Positions 49,331-63,553 of a stretch of 64,000 nucleotides of DNA are shown in pieces. The notes under the pieces were generated by a model. It was given only the letters and a program-made list of their open reading frames with translations. It did not search any database and was not told the DNA's origin. The first letter of the stretch is position 1. Each line of letters opens with the position of its first letter. The position numbers and the translations under genes were made by a program. The stretch spans positions 158,720,001-158,784,000 of the forward strand of contig OX597816.1 in the NCBI GenBank assembly GCA_951406725.2, given 5' to 3'. The DNA comes from Octopus vulgaris. Lineage: Eukaryota.

Positions 49331-50509
49331 TTGCCATCAACAGTGCTAAAGAACCTTATCAAGCCTAGAACCGACATCATTTGAATCCGTTAACAATCAC
49401 TTGGAAAGTACTGGGTGCTTTATGTGACACCAGTGTTATTCAAATACTACAGGCACAGGTCAACTAACACCTCACAAATGAAATTGGTTGACAGAAACTG
49501 AAGAAGTCTGTAATTATACATACATGTATGAAGTAACCATAGCTGCTTCATTTTTGACCCAGAAGAGCCAAATTTCTGCAAGTGAGACAGTGAGTGAATA
49601 AGTGTGTGTGTGTGCACATGCACAAGCAGGGAGTTTAGTTTGAAATCTCTGATTAGAGACAGGAAGTAATTTAACGTTGTTAATGCCACATGGAATGAGG
49701 TAAAAATCATTCATGGGAAGTAGAGTAGGATTGAACTTAAAAACAAAAGAGTTCTGAAGTTTGACTGCTGTAAGGTATCTAGACCAGCTCTCTTCTCTGA
49801 GGCCATTCTTCAATATTGAAACAATAATAACAATGATTAAATGGCTTATCCATCCGCTTTTTGATCCCTCTATCTCTCATCTATCACAAGAGATGGCATT
49901 GGATTTGTCTTTATGGTACCCCTTACCATCACATTTTGTTACTGCCAGCCATTACTCTTTCCCTCTCTTCCATGTTGTTCTTCATTGACATCAACTAATT
50001 TCATAATTTCTCATCCCTATTTCTAGCTATCACTCACTCTCTCACCCTTTATTATCTGATCAGATCACTTGTGCCGTTTCTTTATTCAACCTCCTTACCA
50101 ACAACCAGCATGCAGTGTTCTCTCTTCCATTACTCCCTCCCTCTCTACCATCTGCTAACTCTTAACTTACCATTGTTGATTTAGGAGGACTGTTGGTCTA
50201 ATGAAGTGAAATCTTCATTTCAGGGATAGATATAAGTTATCGAAGGAGATTTGTCTAAACAAATTGAGTAAATAAGTTGTTTTTTTTTTCCTTTCTTTTT
50301 TTTTCTCTTTTTTAGCTGAACTTTGAAATTTCAGCAAATGTTCTTTGAGTTTAGTGGAGAAAGTTACTTGTGGCAAAAATAGACTCGGAAAACCAAAGAA
50401 AGAATTTAATGAGTTTGATAGGTCTCTTGCAGAAGAGATGCAATGAAGGATGTAGGGACAGGTGCTCTACAGCAGACCAAGCCATTTCAAAGCAATATAG
50501 AGGGAAAAA

Positions 50510-50800
50510 ATGATGACCATGACGACAACGATGGCAACAAATGACAATGATGATGATGATGATCATCATCCCTATAATAGCAATGATAATGTGCTGGTAA
50601 GAATAATAATGATGCTGATAATGGTAAAATTGTATGGTGACAGTGATGATGGTGATGTAATCATGATGAGGATACTTGATGAAGGTAATGGCAATGATAA
50701 TTATGATGATGATAGTAATAATGGTGATGTTAATGAAGATGATGATGAAAATGATGATGATGGTGGTGGTGATGAAAATGCCAACAATGATAATGAGGAT
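50510..50800. repeat. Degenerate (GAT)n low-complexity tract
   Basis: gatgat/aatgat/ggtgat runs. Confidence 0.85.
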
Positions 50801-52015
50801 AGAAAATGGCAACGCATTTATACTTCAAAATAACAATCTTAAATACTCAAGATGGGTCTTCATGATGTTCTTTCCTTTATTTTTAACCTAACACTTTATT
50901 GCCATAGAGTGAGTGTTAGGTTAGAATCTTATTCTTCAGCATAAATATCATGTAAAGATCAGCTGGGAATGGATTGTCATAGAAGCATTGAAATGTAATA
51001 AGAGAACTTAGGAAAAGTAGAAAACCAGGACACGGTATAAATAAGAAAGAATGCACGTTTAATTCTATTGTATCGGTAGTCTTTGATAAAATGATGCAAA
51101 ACACAAGAAGAATGGAACCTTAAAGAGCACACAAATAAAAATTAACGAACAATGAACTGTAGTAGTAGTAGTAGTAGTAGTAGTAGTGATAATGATAATA
51201 ATAATAATAATAATAATGGAATCAATTGTTGTTTTATTCATACTGACAGATAAAAGGGAAGTTGAGGTTTGCATTCTCACAAATGATTGAAGTCGATGAC
51301 CCTTCAAAGTTTTAAACAATGGGAGCAAAGAATGAAAAACACAACACCCACTTTTCACTTCCACTACACACATCTTTGTGTGTAAGTGTGTGTGCGCATG
51401 TGTGTGTGTGTGTGTGCGCATGTGTGTGTGTGTAGGGGATCATGTTAATATCTCAAATGACAAAATAGTAATTTTCAGATTCATCATCATCATCATCATC
51501 GTTTAACATCCGTTTTCCATGCTGGCACGGGTTGGATGGTTTGACTGGAGACTGGCAAGCCAGGAGACCTCACTAGGCTCCAATGTAATCTAGCAAGGTT
51601 TCTACAGCTGTATGCCCTTCCTAACGCCAACCACTCCAAGAGTGTAGCGGGTACTTTTTATGTGCCACCGGCATGGGAGCCAGTCAGGGGACACTAGCAT
51701 CGGCCATGTTCGGATAGTGCTTTTTGTATTTTTAAATCACCTGGAAGTTTTTTTGTTTTTTTTTAGTGAAATGAATAAAAAAAAAACCCACAACAATTAT
51801 TATTTTCTTCCTGCTCATTCATATTCTGAGTTAAAATTTTACCAAGGCTGACTTTACCCTTCATCTTTTCTGGGTCAATAAAAAATAATAACCAGTTGAG
51901 CACTAGGCTTCATGTAACAAACGCTCCCCAAAAGATTGCTGGCCTTGTGCCAAAATTACTATTAAGATAAATGCAAACATTATTATAGCTGAATAATTAT
52001 TTATTATTATTATTA

Positions 52016-52215
52016 GGGTGGAAAGCTGGCAGGAACGTTAGCATGTCAGGTGAAATGCTTAGCAGTATTTTGTTTGCTTTTACGTTCTGAGTTCAAATTC
52101 TGCCGAGATTGACTTTGCCTTTCATCCTTTCGGGGTCAATAACTTAAGTGCTGGGGTTGATCTAATCGACTGGACCCCTTCCCAAAATTTTCAGGCCTTG
52201 TGTCTAGAGAAGAAA
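52016..52215 (+). mobile_element. SINE family B
   Basis: ggtggaaagctggcaggaacgttagc...gcctttcatcctttcggggtc. Confidence 0.8.
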
Positions 52216-53949
52216 AGAATATCTTTTTTATTATTTTCAAAATTAATTGAAAAATAGGAAGTGTATTTCAATAGAAATATGGTAATGAAAGGGTTAAATA
52301 AATAAGCATTATGGTCAATCTGTTCAACTAAAATCTTTCAAAATGAGGTCCCAACATACCTGCAGTCCAATGACTGAAACAAGCAAAAAATATAAAAAAC
52401 AAAAAGATAAACAAAACTACAATATCATATATAGTCATTTCATTTACACATTTGTACTTCTGCTGTCTTTAATGGAAGGGATAATTGTTAAGTGGTTTTC
52501 TTTTCTAGGGTCCCAATTACAAAAACATTATTATATAGGTTAAATCATTACTGATATAATTGACGTACAATTGTACTATCTAGGTTATATCATGTTACTA
52601 GCAGTGAACTAATTTTATATTGCTACTGATTAAAAATAGGCTCAGGCATGGCTGTGTATTTTGGGTCCAGTTCCCTCTGTACAACACCTTGGGAAAGTAT
52701 CTTCTACTATATAGACCCAGGCTGACCAAAGCCTTGTGAGTGGATTTATAAGTTGGAAACTGAAAGAAGCGCTTTGTGTGTGCATGTGAGAGAGAGAGAG
52801 AGAGTGTTTGTGTCACTTTGTCTTTGGCATCACCTAATTTTGCAAATGAAAATCATTCGTTTCTGATATTGAGTGAAAACATGTCTAGCTATGAGAAAGT
52901 ATTACCTTACTTGAAAACAGATAATGGTTGGCAACAAGGAAGGCACCTGCTTCTATAAATTCCATCAGATCCATGCAAGCATGGAAGAATGGACATTAAG
53001 CAATGATGATGATGTTATGCATGTATATGCATACACACTTAAGTATATGCAAGCGTTTGTATGCAGTCTGAACATATATGTTTGTATACACATTTGATGT
53101 GAAAAGTGCACATGCTTGAAACAAAAGAAAGGATGGAATGTCTAGGCTGGAATCATCATCATCATCATCATTTAATGTCTGTTATCCATGCTGGCATGGG
53201 TTGGACGGTTTGACTGGGTTGGCATACTGGAAGGCTGCACCAGGTTCCAGTCTGAATTGGCATGGTTTTCTATGGCTGGATGCCCTTCCTACTCCAGCTC
53301 CTCATGTGTTGGTGCCATGTAAAAAGCATGGTAGCAGTGCCACATAAAAGGAATGTATGCCAGTGTCGCATAAAAAGTACCAGTGGCGATGCCACGTAAA
53401 AAGCACCTGTCCAGCGCCACATATAAAGCACTTGAGCTGGTACCATGTAAAAAGCACCCAGTACACTTTGTAAAGTGGTTGGCATTAGGAAGGGCATCTA
53501 GCTATAGAAACCATGCCAAAATAGACAATTAGAACCTGATGTAGCTTTCCAGCTGGTCAGCTCTTATCAAGCCATCCAACTCATGCCAGCATGGAAAACG
53601 GACAGATGATGATGATGATGATAATGATTTATGACTAAGCTGAGCCCAAACAGCATTACCTAATTATGTCATTTTCTATCTCAAGAACTCATTATTTTCA
53701 TATATGTTACCTAGTACAATAAAACGAAACATAGAAATCTATCAAATCAACTAATTAATTGTTTCTAAATTACTGTGCCCTCATAATATTTCCTAAACAA
53801 AAAATCATGCTCCAATTATTAACTGTTCCAAACTTTAAGGCTGCTCTAATTCCCAATAACACATTTTATATCTGTACTTTAGGAGCTACTATTTGCTATC
53901 AGTCAACCACATTCACACTCACTCACATACCGACCCACATATATCTTAT

Positions 53950-54320
53950 GTACTTATTTCAGTCATTAGACTGCAGCCATGCTGGGGCACCACCTTGAAG
54001 AATTGTCAAAAGAATTGACCCCAGTACTTATTTTTTATTTTTAAGCCTGATACTTATTCTATCAGTCTCTTTTGCTGAACCACAAAGTTACAGGTACATA
54101 AACACACGAACACTGATCGCTAAGCAGAGGTGGGAGATGAACAAAGACACACACATATATACATACATTGCAGGCTTCTTTCAGTTTCTATCTACCAAAT
54201 CCTCTCACAGGGCTTAGTTGGCCCAAGTAGAAGACACTTGCCTAAGGTGCCACGCAGTGGAACTGAACCTTGAACCATGTGGTTGGGAAGCAAACTTCTT
54301 ACCACACAGCCACACCTGTG
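53950..54320 (-). mobile_element. SINE family A
   Basis: Reverse complement of the family consensus. Confidence 0.75.
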
Positions 54321-55486
54321 TCTACTATTTACTAATAGTCGACAACATACAAACACTCACATACATACATGAATGTATTCAGGCAAACTGGCTTAGAACT
54401 TAAGTGAGATTCTGTAAAGAAAGATTGTTGCCATTTGGGGTTTCACATTTTGTGTGTCTTTAGGGATGTCATCATCTTGTTCTTGGCACAAAAACAAATC
54501 ATTGAAGAATCTTTTGACCTACTAGAAATAGCTGCCAAACTTTCTCTAAACCACACTTTACTATCTTAAAAAAAGAGGAGACATTGGATAATGTAATCCT
54601 GGACATATCATTACCCTCATTTTAATGTTTGTCTGGAATTAATTTATGTAAATTTTCTATCACTGGATGCACCTTCTGTTGTCAACCCTCACCTGTTTCC
54701 AAGCAAGGTAACATTTCCATAAGGCCAGACATAATTTCATGAAAGATTGGAAACAAAGGATGTTTGTATGATACCAATGCTTATTAACAGCTATTTTGCG
54801 ACGTCAAGACAAGGCTATATTAACACATTCACATCACCACACACACACACATGTATGATGGGCTTCTTTCAGTTTCCATATACCAAATCCACTCACAAAG
54901 TTTTGGCTGACCTGGGGCTGTAGCAGAAGGCACTTGCCCAAAGTGCAACATAAAGGAAATGAACTTGAAACCATGTACTTTGAAAGCAAACTGAACCTCA
55001 CAGTCGTGTCTGTTGAAAATAAGATAGAATGATCAAAGCCAGGATGTTTTGATCATAGCATTGTTTAATGAACAACATACACTTTCACATATACAAGCTG
55101 TCTATTCTCCATTTATTATTCAATGTAATAAACACAAACCAACTATGTGCATGCCGTTAAACTGCAGAAAATGAAAAATAACATTGCAGTTATCCTAGAT
55201 TTTAACAGAACAACTATCTATACAGATTATTGTCTGCTAGACATTTCCAGTAAGTTATAGGTCAAACAGGTCAGACGTTTGACTGATTACTCTGACTGTT
55301 CATTGCATCAGATGGCTCCTTACATCTAATGGCCAGGCATTGAGAAAACTTTCAAGTAGCATTTATATCTACAAAACAGCCTTTTGTGGAGGTCATAGTT
55401 TTTTTGTTTTTTTTGTACACTAAAAAGATTTTCAGTTTTTAGCAAATGAAACTTTGTAGTCTGGCATTTATGCATTTAACTAAAAG

Positions 55487-55521
<35 letters not shown>

Positions 55522-55698
55522 GTGGTTTAGCTCCAGGTTGGTCCTGACTGAAAAGATCTATGATTGAAAGCATTTCATTATCCTGATTGTTTATCTAGTA
55601 GTAGAATAATTACTAAAATACTAATACAGAGAAATAACCATTAACCATACTGTATTGATACTGGCAATTAATGTCAGATCTCTTTTCCTCTCTCTCTC

Positions 55699-55739
<41 letters not shown>

Positions 55740-55816
55740 TATATATATATAACCCATGCTAGCCCATCCAACCCATGCTAGCATGGAAAACAGACGTTAA
55801 ACAATGATGATGATGA

Positions 55817-55851
<35 letters not shown>

Positions 55852-55855
<4 letters not shown>

Positions 55856-56415
55856 GTTGTCCGGAAAGTTCATGCCTATTTATAGTAGCTTACCTTTCGA
55901 CTTATTTTAGAACATGGTTGAGTCCATAAAATTTTATTTGACTACACCTCCATTTAGAACACAGTTTAAGCTATCTTTTCATAGAAGAAGGTTTATGCTC
56001 CTATAACTGTGTTAATTCTGTAATCCTTTAAAATGAAAATAAGAAAGTTAATTTTCGGCACTTGATGCTTTGGGAACCAGACAAAAATTGCTGCAGCTCG
56101 GCTGGGATGTGTTACCCCACCCTCCATATTCACCAAACATTGCTCCTTCGGATTTCCACTTATTCAGGTTTCTGCAGAATAGTCTTAATGGTAAAAATTT
56201 CAATTCCTTGGATGATGTAAAAAGATACCTTGATGAAATGTTTGCCATGAAACCACCACAATTCTGGGAAGAAGGTATTTTCAAGTCAAAGGAAAGATGG
56301 AGACGCATTGTGCAACAAAACGGTTCACATTTGGTTGATTAAAAATGTAATGGCAAGTATTTATTGACCTTTTTCTTTCCTTTAAAAATCGGCACGAACT
56401 TTCCAGACAACCCAA
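55852..56415 (+). mobile_element. Internally deleted mariner element with both TIRs
   Basis: TIRs TTGGGTTGTCCGGAAAGTTCATGCC / GGCACGAACTTTCCAGACAACCCAA, inside (TA)n. Transposase C-terminus QKLLQLGWDVLPHPPYSPNIAPSDFHLFRFLQNSL...FWEEGI...RWRRIVQQNG. Confidence 0.92.
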
Positions 56416-56754
56416 TATATATATATATATATATATGATTAATGAAAGAGACAGAAGATTACTACAATTGTTTCGATCCATCTAGCATCGGTCTCTCACA
56501 GGTAGGAAACTGAACATCTGGCTTAGGTGTGGATGTGTGTCCCTAGATGATTTCAAGAGGTATCACATTAAAATAAACTCTGCTTTGCAAGTCTTCCTAT
56601 ACAGGAATGGCAAATTAAAGTATACAAAATATCTATAAATATCAGATACATAATGCAGCAAAAAAAGTATTAGCTATAACCATTAGTTTGCCAGCAAACT
56701 ACCAGGCATATACCATACAATTTATTAACTAATAATATATATAGGTATACATAG

Positions 56755-57060
56755 CCAAGAGTGAAGCAGAGAAGAAGTTTGCCAATGTCCAGCAACATGA
56801 GGACGAAAGACCTGAGGTATTTCGGATTACAAGACAGTGTGTGAGAGTAAATTGTGATGTCACAGGAGAGAAATGTGTGCGGATGGATGATAGTGCACTT
56901 GCTTTTAATGATTCTGAAAAGAAAGAGGCTTGGAGAAGCCATTATGAAAGACAGCTGAATGTGGAGAATGAATGGGAGGAGGAGAGCCTTCCAAATGTTG
57001 ACCCAGTAGAAGGACCAGCTATCCATATAGACAGCTCCCTAGTAGATAAAGCAATTAAGG
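56755..57060 (+). mobile_element. RTE-type LINE ORF fragment (upstream of RT)
   Basis: EAEKKFANV...CVRVNCDVTGEKCVRMDD...KKEAWRSHYERQLNVENEW...VEGP...VDKAIK. A homologous decayed piece lies on the minus strand at ~24680-24890. Confidence 0.75.
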
Positions 57061-57118
<58 letters not shown>

Positions 57119-57714
57119 TAGTTATAGTATATTCTGTTAGGAATGTGACAGAGTACAGTATAAAGCTCATCTACCCTCAGAATTACCCAATATTATCCAG
57201 TAGCATTATTATATACTTTCAAGTTTATGTTTGGGCATTCGTTGTGTGTGAATATATCAGCAATCAGCTGGTACCAAAATAGCCATCCACTGCCATTCAC
57301 AGTAGTTCGTCAAATACACTCTGGCAGTAAGCAACTTGTGTCTACCATCTGCTACTAAATGCAAACCAAGACAGATGGAGGGGATTGCCTTGATGTCAAT
57401 TTTAAACTAATGGAGACAACACTAGAATATCACCTGAGGAAACACAACTAGATCTCATTATGCAAAAAAAAAAAAAAACAGTTGCATAATCAAATACCTG
57501 TATTTTTGGAGAACAATGTTGCATGGAAATATTTGTAGTGATTAAAAAATAACTGTCCAATCGTACTCCTTGTTCACCCCAATTTCTTCAATTCACACAG
57601 AGGTGAGCACCTAAGTGCAAACAAGGTGGAAAAAACAGTACTTGAATACCAAAGATAGAGTAATATATTAAAGCAGCAAGATTATCACAGAACTGTTACT
57701 CAGAGTTTCATGTT

Positions 57715-58075
57715 CCTTACTTGTTTCAGTCGTTAAACTCCAGCCATGCTGGAGCACCGCCTTGAAGAATTACAGTCAAATGAATCAACCCCAGTACCTA
57801 TGTTTTAAGCCTGACACTTATTTTATCAGTCAGTTTTGCTGAACTGCTAAGTTATGAGGATGTAAATACACCAACAACAGTTGTCAAGCAATGGTATGGG
57901 ACAACACACACACAGACATATACACATACACAACAGGCTTCGTTCTACCAAATCCATTCACAAAGTCTTGGTTGCCTGAGACTATAGTAGAAGACACTTG
58001 CCCAAAGTGCCATGCAGTGGGATTGAACCCAGAACCATGTGTTTAGGAAGCAAACTTCTTACCACACAGCCATGT
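57715..58075 (-). mobile_element. SINE family A
   Basis: Reverse complement of the family consensus. Confidence 0.75.
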
Positions 58076-60556
58076 CTGTTGCTACATATATATCAGTCCT
58101 ACTGCATGACATGTTGGGTATCTCCTAAAGCTTTGAACTGACCAAAGCCTTGAGATGACCATAGCCTTGAGAGTGGATCTGTTAGACAGAAAATGAAAGC
58201 CAACCATGTGTGTGTCTGTGTGTGTGTGTGTATGTGTGTGTACATGAGAAAAAGAGATTTTGTTTTCCACCTCATCTTTTTAGAAACATAGCCTCAGGTT
58301 GACCAAAGCCTTGTGAGTCGATTTTGTATACAAACTGAAAGAAACCCATTGTGCATATACATGTGTGTGTGTCTTTCTGTCTGTGTTTGTCCCCCATCAC
58401 TGCTTGACAACCAATGTTAGTTTGTTTACGTCCTTGTAAATTAGCAGTTCAGCCAAAAAGATCAGTAGAATAAATACCAGATGTAAAAAAATAAAAAAAG
58501 GTACCAGAGTCAGTTCATTCAACAAAAAATTGTTCAAGGCAGAGCCCCAGCATGGCCATAGTCTAATGACTGAAACAATGAAAAGGTAAAAGATACACTG
58601 AAATTATTATTACATGATGCAGCCTGCAAAACAGCCGTAAACCTAAAGAGATCAGGGGGTTAAATAGATATATTCACCTTTCATACCTCCTAACCTCTTA
58701 AGCATCATCTTCAAATGTTGGGCCTCGTGGAGGCAATAAAAAGTGAATGAGACTTCTGGTAATATGCTGTACTTGAGAAAACCTGTCAAACCAAGTGAAA
58801 AGCACTGGTGATGGTGGTATGTGAAAAGCACTCTTTTACTTGTTTCAGTCATTTCACTGTGGCCATGCTGGAGCACTACCTTTAGTTGAACAAATCGACC
58901 CCAAGACTTATTCTTTGTAAGCCTAGTATTTATTTCATCATTCTCTTTTGTTGAACTGCTAAATCACTGGGATATAAAGACACCAACATTGGTTTGTCAA
59001 GCGATGGTAGGAGGACAAAGACACACACACAAAAACAAATACATACATATATACATACATATATATATATATGTGTGTATATAAAAAATATAAAAATGGG
59101 ACAAGAACACAAAATATCCAGACAGACGATACAAAGGAAACCAGGACAGATCATTCAGAGTTTTCTATCCTCAGTTGAGTTCCAGATTATCTTTGCAATT
59201 TCGGCTGGTTATACTCAAGATTGCTCCAATCTAGCCAGCCCCAAGGAAAAACTAAGCTAAGCTCGGAAGAAAGCAGCGAATGTATACAAAAACAAGGACA
59301 GACAAAAACAGAGAAATGTTACACAAATACAAATGCAATTAACAGGGCATAACAACAGGTGTCTTTCAACTAAGGACGAATTAAATTAAGCTGGCATGTG
59401 TGGAAGTAAAGCCTTACAGCAGGGACATAAGATTTAACAGGTACAGGGAAGAATATAGATGTTGCATGGATGGTAGCTGAACCAAGAAAGAAAGGTCAGG
59501 CCTGGCGGAACACCAGTCATGTGGGGAGAGAAGAGAGAGAGGTAGAGGAAAAGGGATAGATGAATTAAGGAGGGGCGAGAAAAAAATGTAAAAGACACAG
59601 TGAAGTAAAAGAGGAGGGAAAGTGAGCATGATGAGAAGACAAGGAAATGCGAGAGAAGGGGAGGGGGAACGAAAGAACGAAGAGTAGAATGAACGAATGG
59701 CGCACTGCCTTGTAGTACCTTTGTTTTTTGAAGTCTTGTACTTATTCTATTGGTCCTTTTCTTAGCTGTACTACTAAGGTATGAGGATGTCAAGTGGCAG
59801 TGGAGGAACAAACACACACATACACATTTGATAGGCTTCCACACAGTTTCCATCTACCAAATTCATTCACAAGATATTAGGTAGCGCTAAGCTATAGTAG
59901 AAGACACTGTCATGCAGTGGGACTGAACCTGAAACCACATGGTTGCAAAATGGTTTTTTAAAAACACGGCCATACTTGCACCTCTGAAGATTTAATTTTA
60001 TAAAATAACATTTTTCTTCGCTTTTTTTTAGTAAAAAATTTATATCAAAAAACACTGATAAAATTTTGAATTAAAAAAAAGTGATATTAGAGATAATTAC
60101 TTCGTTTCAATTAAAACCTTCACAACAATTCCTTTGATTGACTGGTTTATTAGCTTCCATTAAACGCCTGGCTGAACGGTACTATACATCCATATTATAT
60201 GAATTACTTTTTCATTTGATTTAGCTACACTAAATTATAACAACTGGCAATTAGTCATCCAAATCATTTGAGGTATGGGAGGGCTAATGCTTCACGCATG
60301 AGTGAATTAATGCAGTTGGCTGATGATGATGATGAAGATGAAGATGACGACGGTGATGATGATTGTAGTGTTGTGTGTGAATGACATTTACTATATTTTC
60401 TGACAGACAAGTCAAATTTTTCAGACCCAAATTTTCTGCCAAAACAAGGTAGGTTGACTTATGCACCAACATGTCTTTGGAGGACCAAGAATTCCATGTG
60501 AAATGCAGCAGAATTTGGAAAACAAGAGTGATGATGTTTCAATGTTTACACTACAC

Positions 60557-60814
60557 CAATGGTTCTTAACTAGGGTCCATATAAGATTTTGGGAAGTACA
60601 TGCAACAAAAAAGTAAATTGGGACTCCACAATAGTATTTTAAGGGCCCCTGAAAAAAAATGTTTTACATAGTTCAGCCATAGTTAATGGGTGAAAAACAA
60701 AATAGGAATTTTGAAAGAAATTTCTATAAAACTAGATTTTAAACATTAAATGGCTATGAGGGCCCACCAGAATAAAATAGTAATCATGGATAAAAAAATT
60801 ATTAAGAACCCCTG
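60557..60814 (+). mobile_element. hAT-type MITE, complete
   Basis: TIRs CAATGGTTCTTAAC / ATTAAGAACCCCTG, with a perfect 8-bp TSD CACTACAC (60549-60556, 60815-60822). Confidence 0.88.
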
Positions 60815-61263
60815 CACTACACAATATACTACTTTGACTTGTATGCCAGAAAATATGGTAGTTCTTCATTGTTACTCTTTTACTCTTTTACTTGTTTCAG
60901 CCATCCGGCTGAGGCCATGCTGGGGCACCGCCCTTGTTGCTACCCTCTCTAAGTCCAGTTTGCCGTGGCTGGCCACTGATCTAAGAGAGAGTTTGTAGCT
61001 GCTGCCCTTAGGTTACCTTCGTACCTTGCAGTGGGTTCATCTGGGATCCCGGAAAGCAGCTTGTCTAGATGTTTTTTGAATAATATAATGTTGTATAATA
61101 TTCTTATTTCTTTATTTCACTCACAAGGTATTATTTGGCTGGTATTAGTAGAAGACACTTGTCCAAGGATGCCATACAATGGGACTCAACCCAAAATCAT
61201 GTGGTTACAATGTAAACTTCATAATCACACCCCTGTGCTTGTGGCTAATATCTCAATTATTAA

Positions 61264-61483
61264 CCCTTTCGTTACCAACCCGGCTGAAACTGGCTCTGGC
61301 CCTGAGTACAAATGTCTTGTTTTCAAAAGTTTTGAATTAAAATCTTCCACCAAACCTTAGTCACAATTTATGATCCTAACACTAGCTTAATGATAACTAA
61401 GGTATTTTACTAAATTCTTTGTAATATTTAAAGTAATTGAAAGAAACATGGAGCATCTCAAAATAAATACAGTAACGAGAGGG
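61264..61483 (+). mobile_element. piggyBac-type MITE
   Basis: TTAA TSD and TIRs CCCTTTCGTTAC / GTAACGAGAGGG; colinear with 31227-31443. Confidence 0.85.
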
Positions 61484-61774
61484 TTAAACCAAGAATTCTT
61501 TAAATGTTCCCAACTAGGACACACATTTTCTAAAACCCATCCAGGTATTAATTTCTGTAGTACTTATCCAACAGTTAATCAGTAATTGAAATTTAAAGTC
61601 ACTTGTTTTTAAAGGCAACCTAGAACAAGTTACTCAGTGCATTTAGCCATCCAAACCCATCAATATTTTAAAGCCTTTTCTGCAATGTGTTGGAATAGTC
61701 TGCCCATTTATAACTGGATTTACTATCAGTGAGGGTGGATGTGAATCAATTCTTGAATATGCATATTATCCCAA

Positions 61775-62120
61775 TGGAGGCACATGGCTCAGTGGTTAGA
61801 GCATCAAGCTTACGATCGTGAAGTTGTGAGTTTGATTCCCAGACCAGGCTGCATGTTGTGTTCTTGAGCAAGACACTTTATTTCACATTGATCCAGTTCA
61901 CTCAGCTGTAGAAATGAGTTGCGAAGTCACTGATGCCAAACTGTATCGGTCTTTGCTTTTCCCTTGGATAACATCAGTAACATGGAGAGGGGAGGATTGT
62001 AAGCATGGGCAGCTGCTGCTCTTCCATAAGAACAACTCTAGGTTGTGCATTCACTTTTGAGGTGACTTTCTGCCCAGAATTGTACCCTGGAGGGGAACTT
62101 CTTAGGTGCACCCATGGTCA
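61775..62120 (+). mobile_element. tRNA-derived SINE
   Basis: tggctcagtggttagagc...gagtttgattccc head, then ttgagcaagacactttatttcac body. Confidence 0.75.
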
Positions 62121-63553
62121 TCTGGAGTCAAGTTTTTTCTTTTTTTAAAAGCGAAGTTCCAAGCAGGAACTCTTTTTTTCTACTCACTACTGGCAGTGTG
62201 GTTAAGCAGTTTGTTTCCTGACCTCATTGTTTCAGGTTCTGCCTCATTGCATGGCACATTGGGCAAGTGTCTTCTATTATAGCCCCAGCTTAACCAAAGC
62301 TTTTTGGATGGATTTTGTACATGGAAATTGAATGAATCCTGTCATGTATATGTGTGTGTGCATGTGTGTGCTTATGTGAGTGCACTTGTGTGCATGTGCA
62401 TGTGTACACTCATGTGTATGTGTGTGTGTGTCCTTGTCTTGATATCACATGGTAATTGTCAATGAGCAGCACCATCATATAAGCAGAGAACTTCATTGTC
62501 AACCTTTCATGAAAATACATTAAGCTATGAGGAAATATTTCCTCACTTGGAAATAGGTGTGGGTTAGTAACAGTAAAGGCATCCTACAATAGAAAAATCT
62601 ACCTCACCAAATTCTACTCAACTCATACAAACATGGAAAAGTGGATGTTAAAACAATTGTGATGATGATGATGGTCATTGTGTTCTACCTTCAGATCCTA
62701 CACTAAACACTTTTCAATATTCCTTGTCCAGAACAGCAACCCTCAAGAATTTCTTAATCACTTTTTCTCTGTAACCAATAACCATCACTCACATCAATCT
62801 CATCAAACTCTGAAACACACAAAGGTCATAAGAACCATCCCTCCTCCTCCTCTGACTAGTCTGTCATCATCATCATTTCTACACCTTTTTCCATACTGGT
62901 ATTGGTCGGATAAGACATCTTGAGGCAATATTCTACCATACAACTGGAAGCTCTTCTTTATATCATCCCTTCTTCATTTTCCAGTTAAGTAGCTTAATTT
63001 TGCTACTCTTCATACCTTGAACAACTGAGCTACAGAAGATGTTTATATGGAACACAAACATCAAAACTGATCAAGTTTTAACTAGCACTCTGTCAGTTGT
63101 GGCAACCAGAGTTCCAGTTGATCTCATCAATGGAAAAGCCTGCTATTGAAATTAACATGCAAGTGGCTGAGCACTCCATAGACACATGTATCCTTAATGT
63201 AGTTCTCAGAGAGATTTAGCATGGCACAGAATGTGACAAGGCTGGTCCTTTGAAATCCAGTTACAACTCATTTTTGCCAGCTGAGTGGACTGGAGCAATG
63301 TGAAATAAAGAGTCCTGCTCAAGGACACAACACACTGTTGGGTATTGAACTCACAACCCAACCAGTAGGCTACATGCCATCACTGTCCAAGTAATATCAA
63401 TGTGAAGACCCTTGGACACACACACACATGAAGGGCTTCTGTACAGTTTCTACCGACTAAATTTTACTCACAAGGTACTGACTAACCTAATGCGACAGCA
63501 AAAGATACTTGTCCAAGATGCCACAAGGTGAAACTGAACTGAAAGCTATATAA

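Noticed and set aside
50351-50891. Asp/Met/Ile-rich ORFs
   Set aside because: Degenerate (GAT)n tract following a decayed LINE end.
59145-59180. CUGAGGA motif on the minus strand (and CUGAUGA at ~35682-35688) as hammerheads
   Set aside because: GAAA and stems I/III are missing; too degenerate to call.
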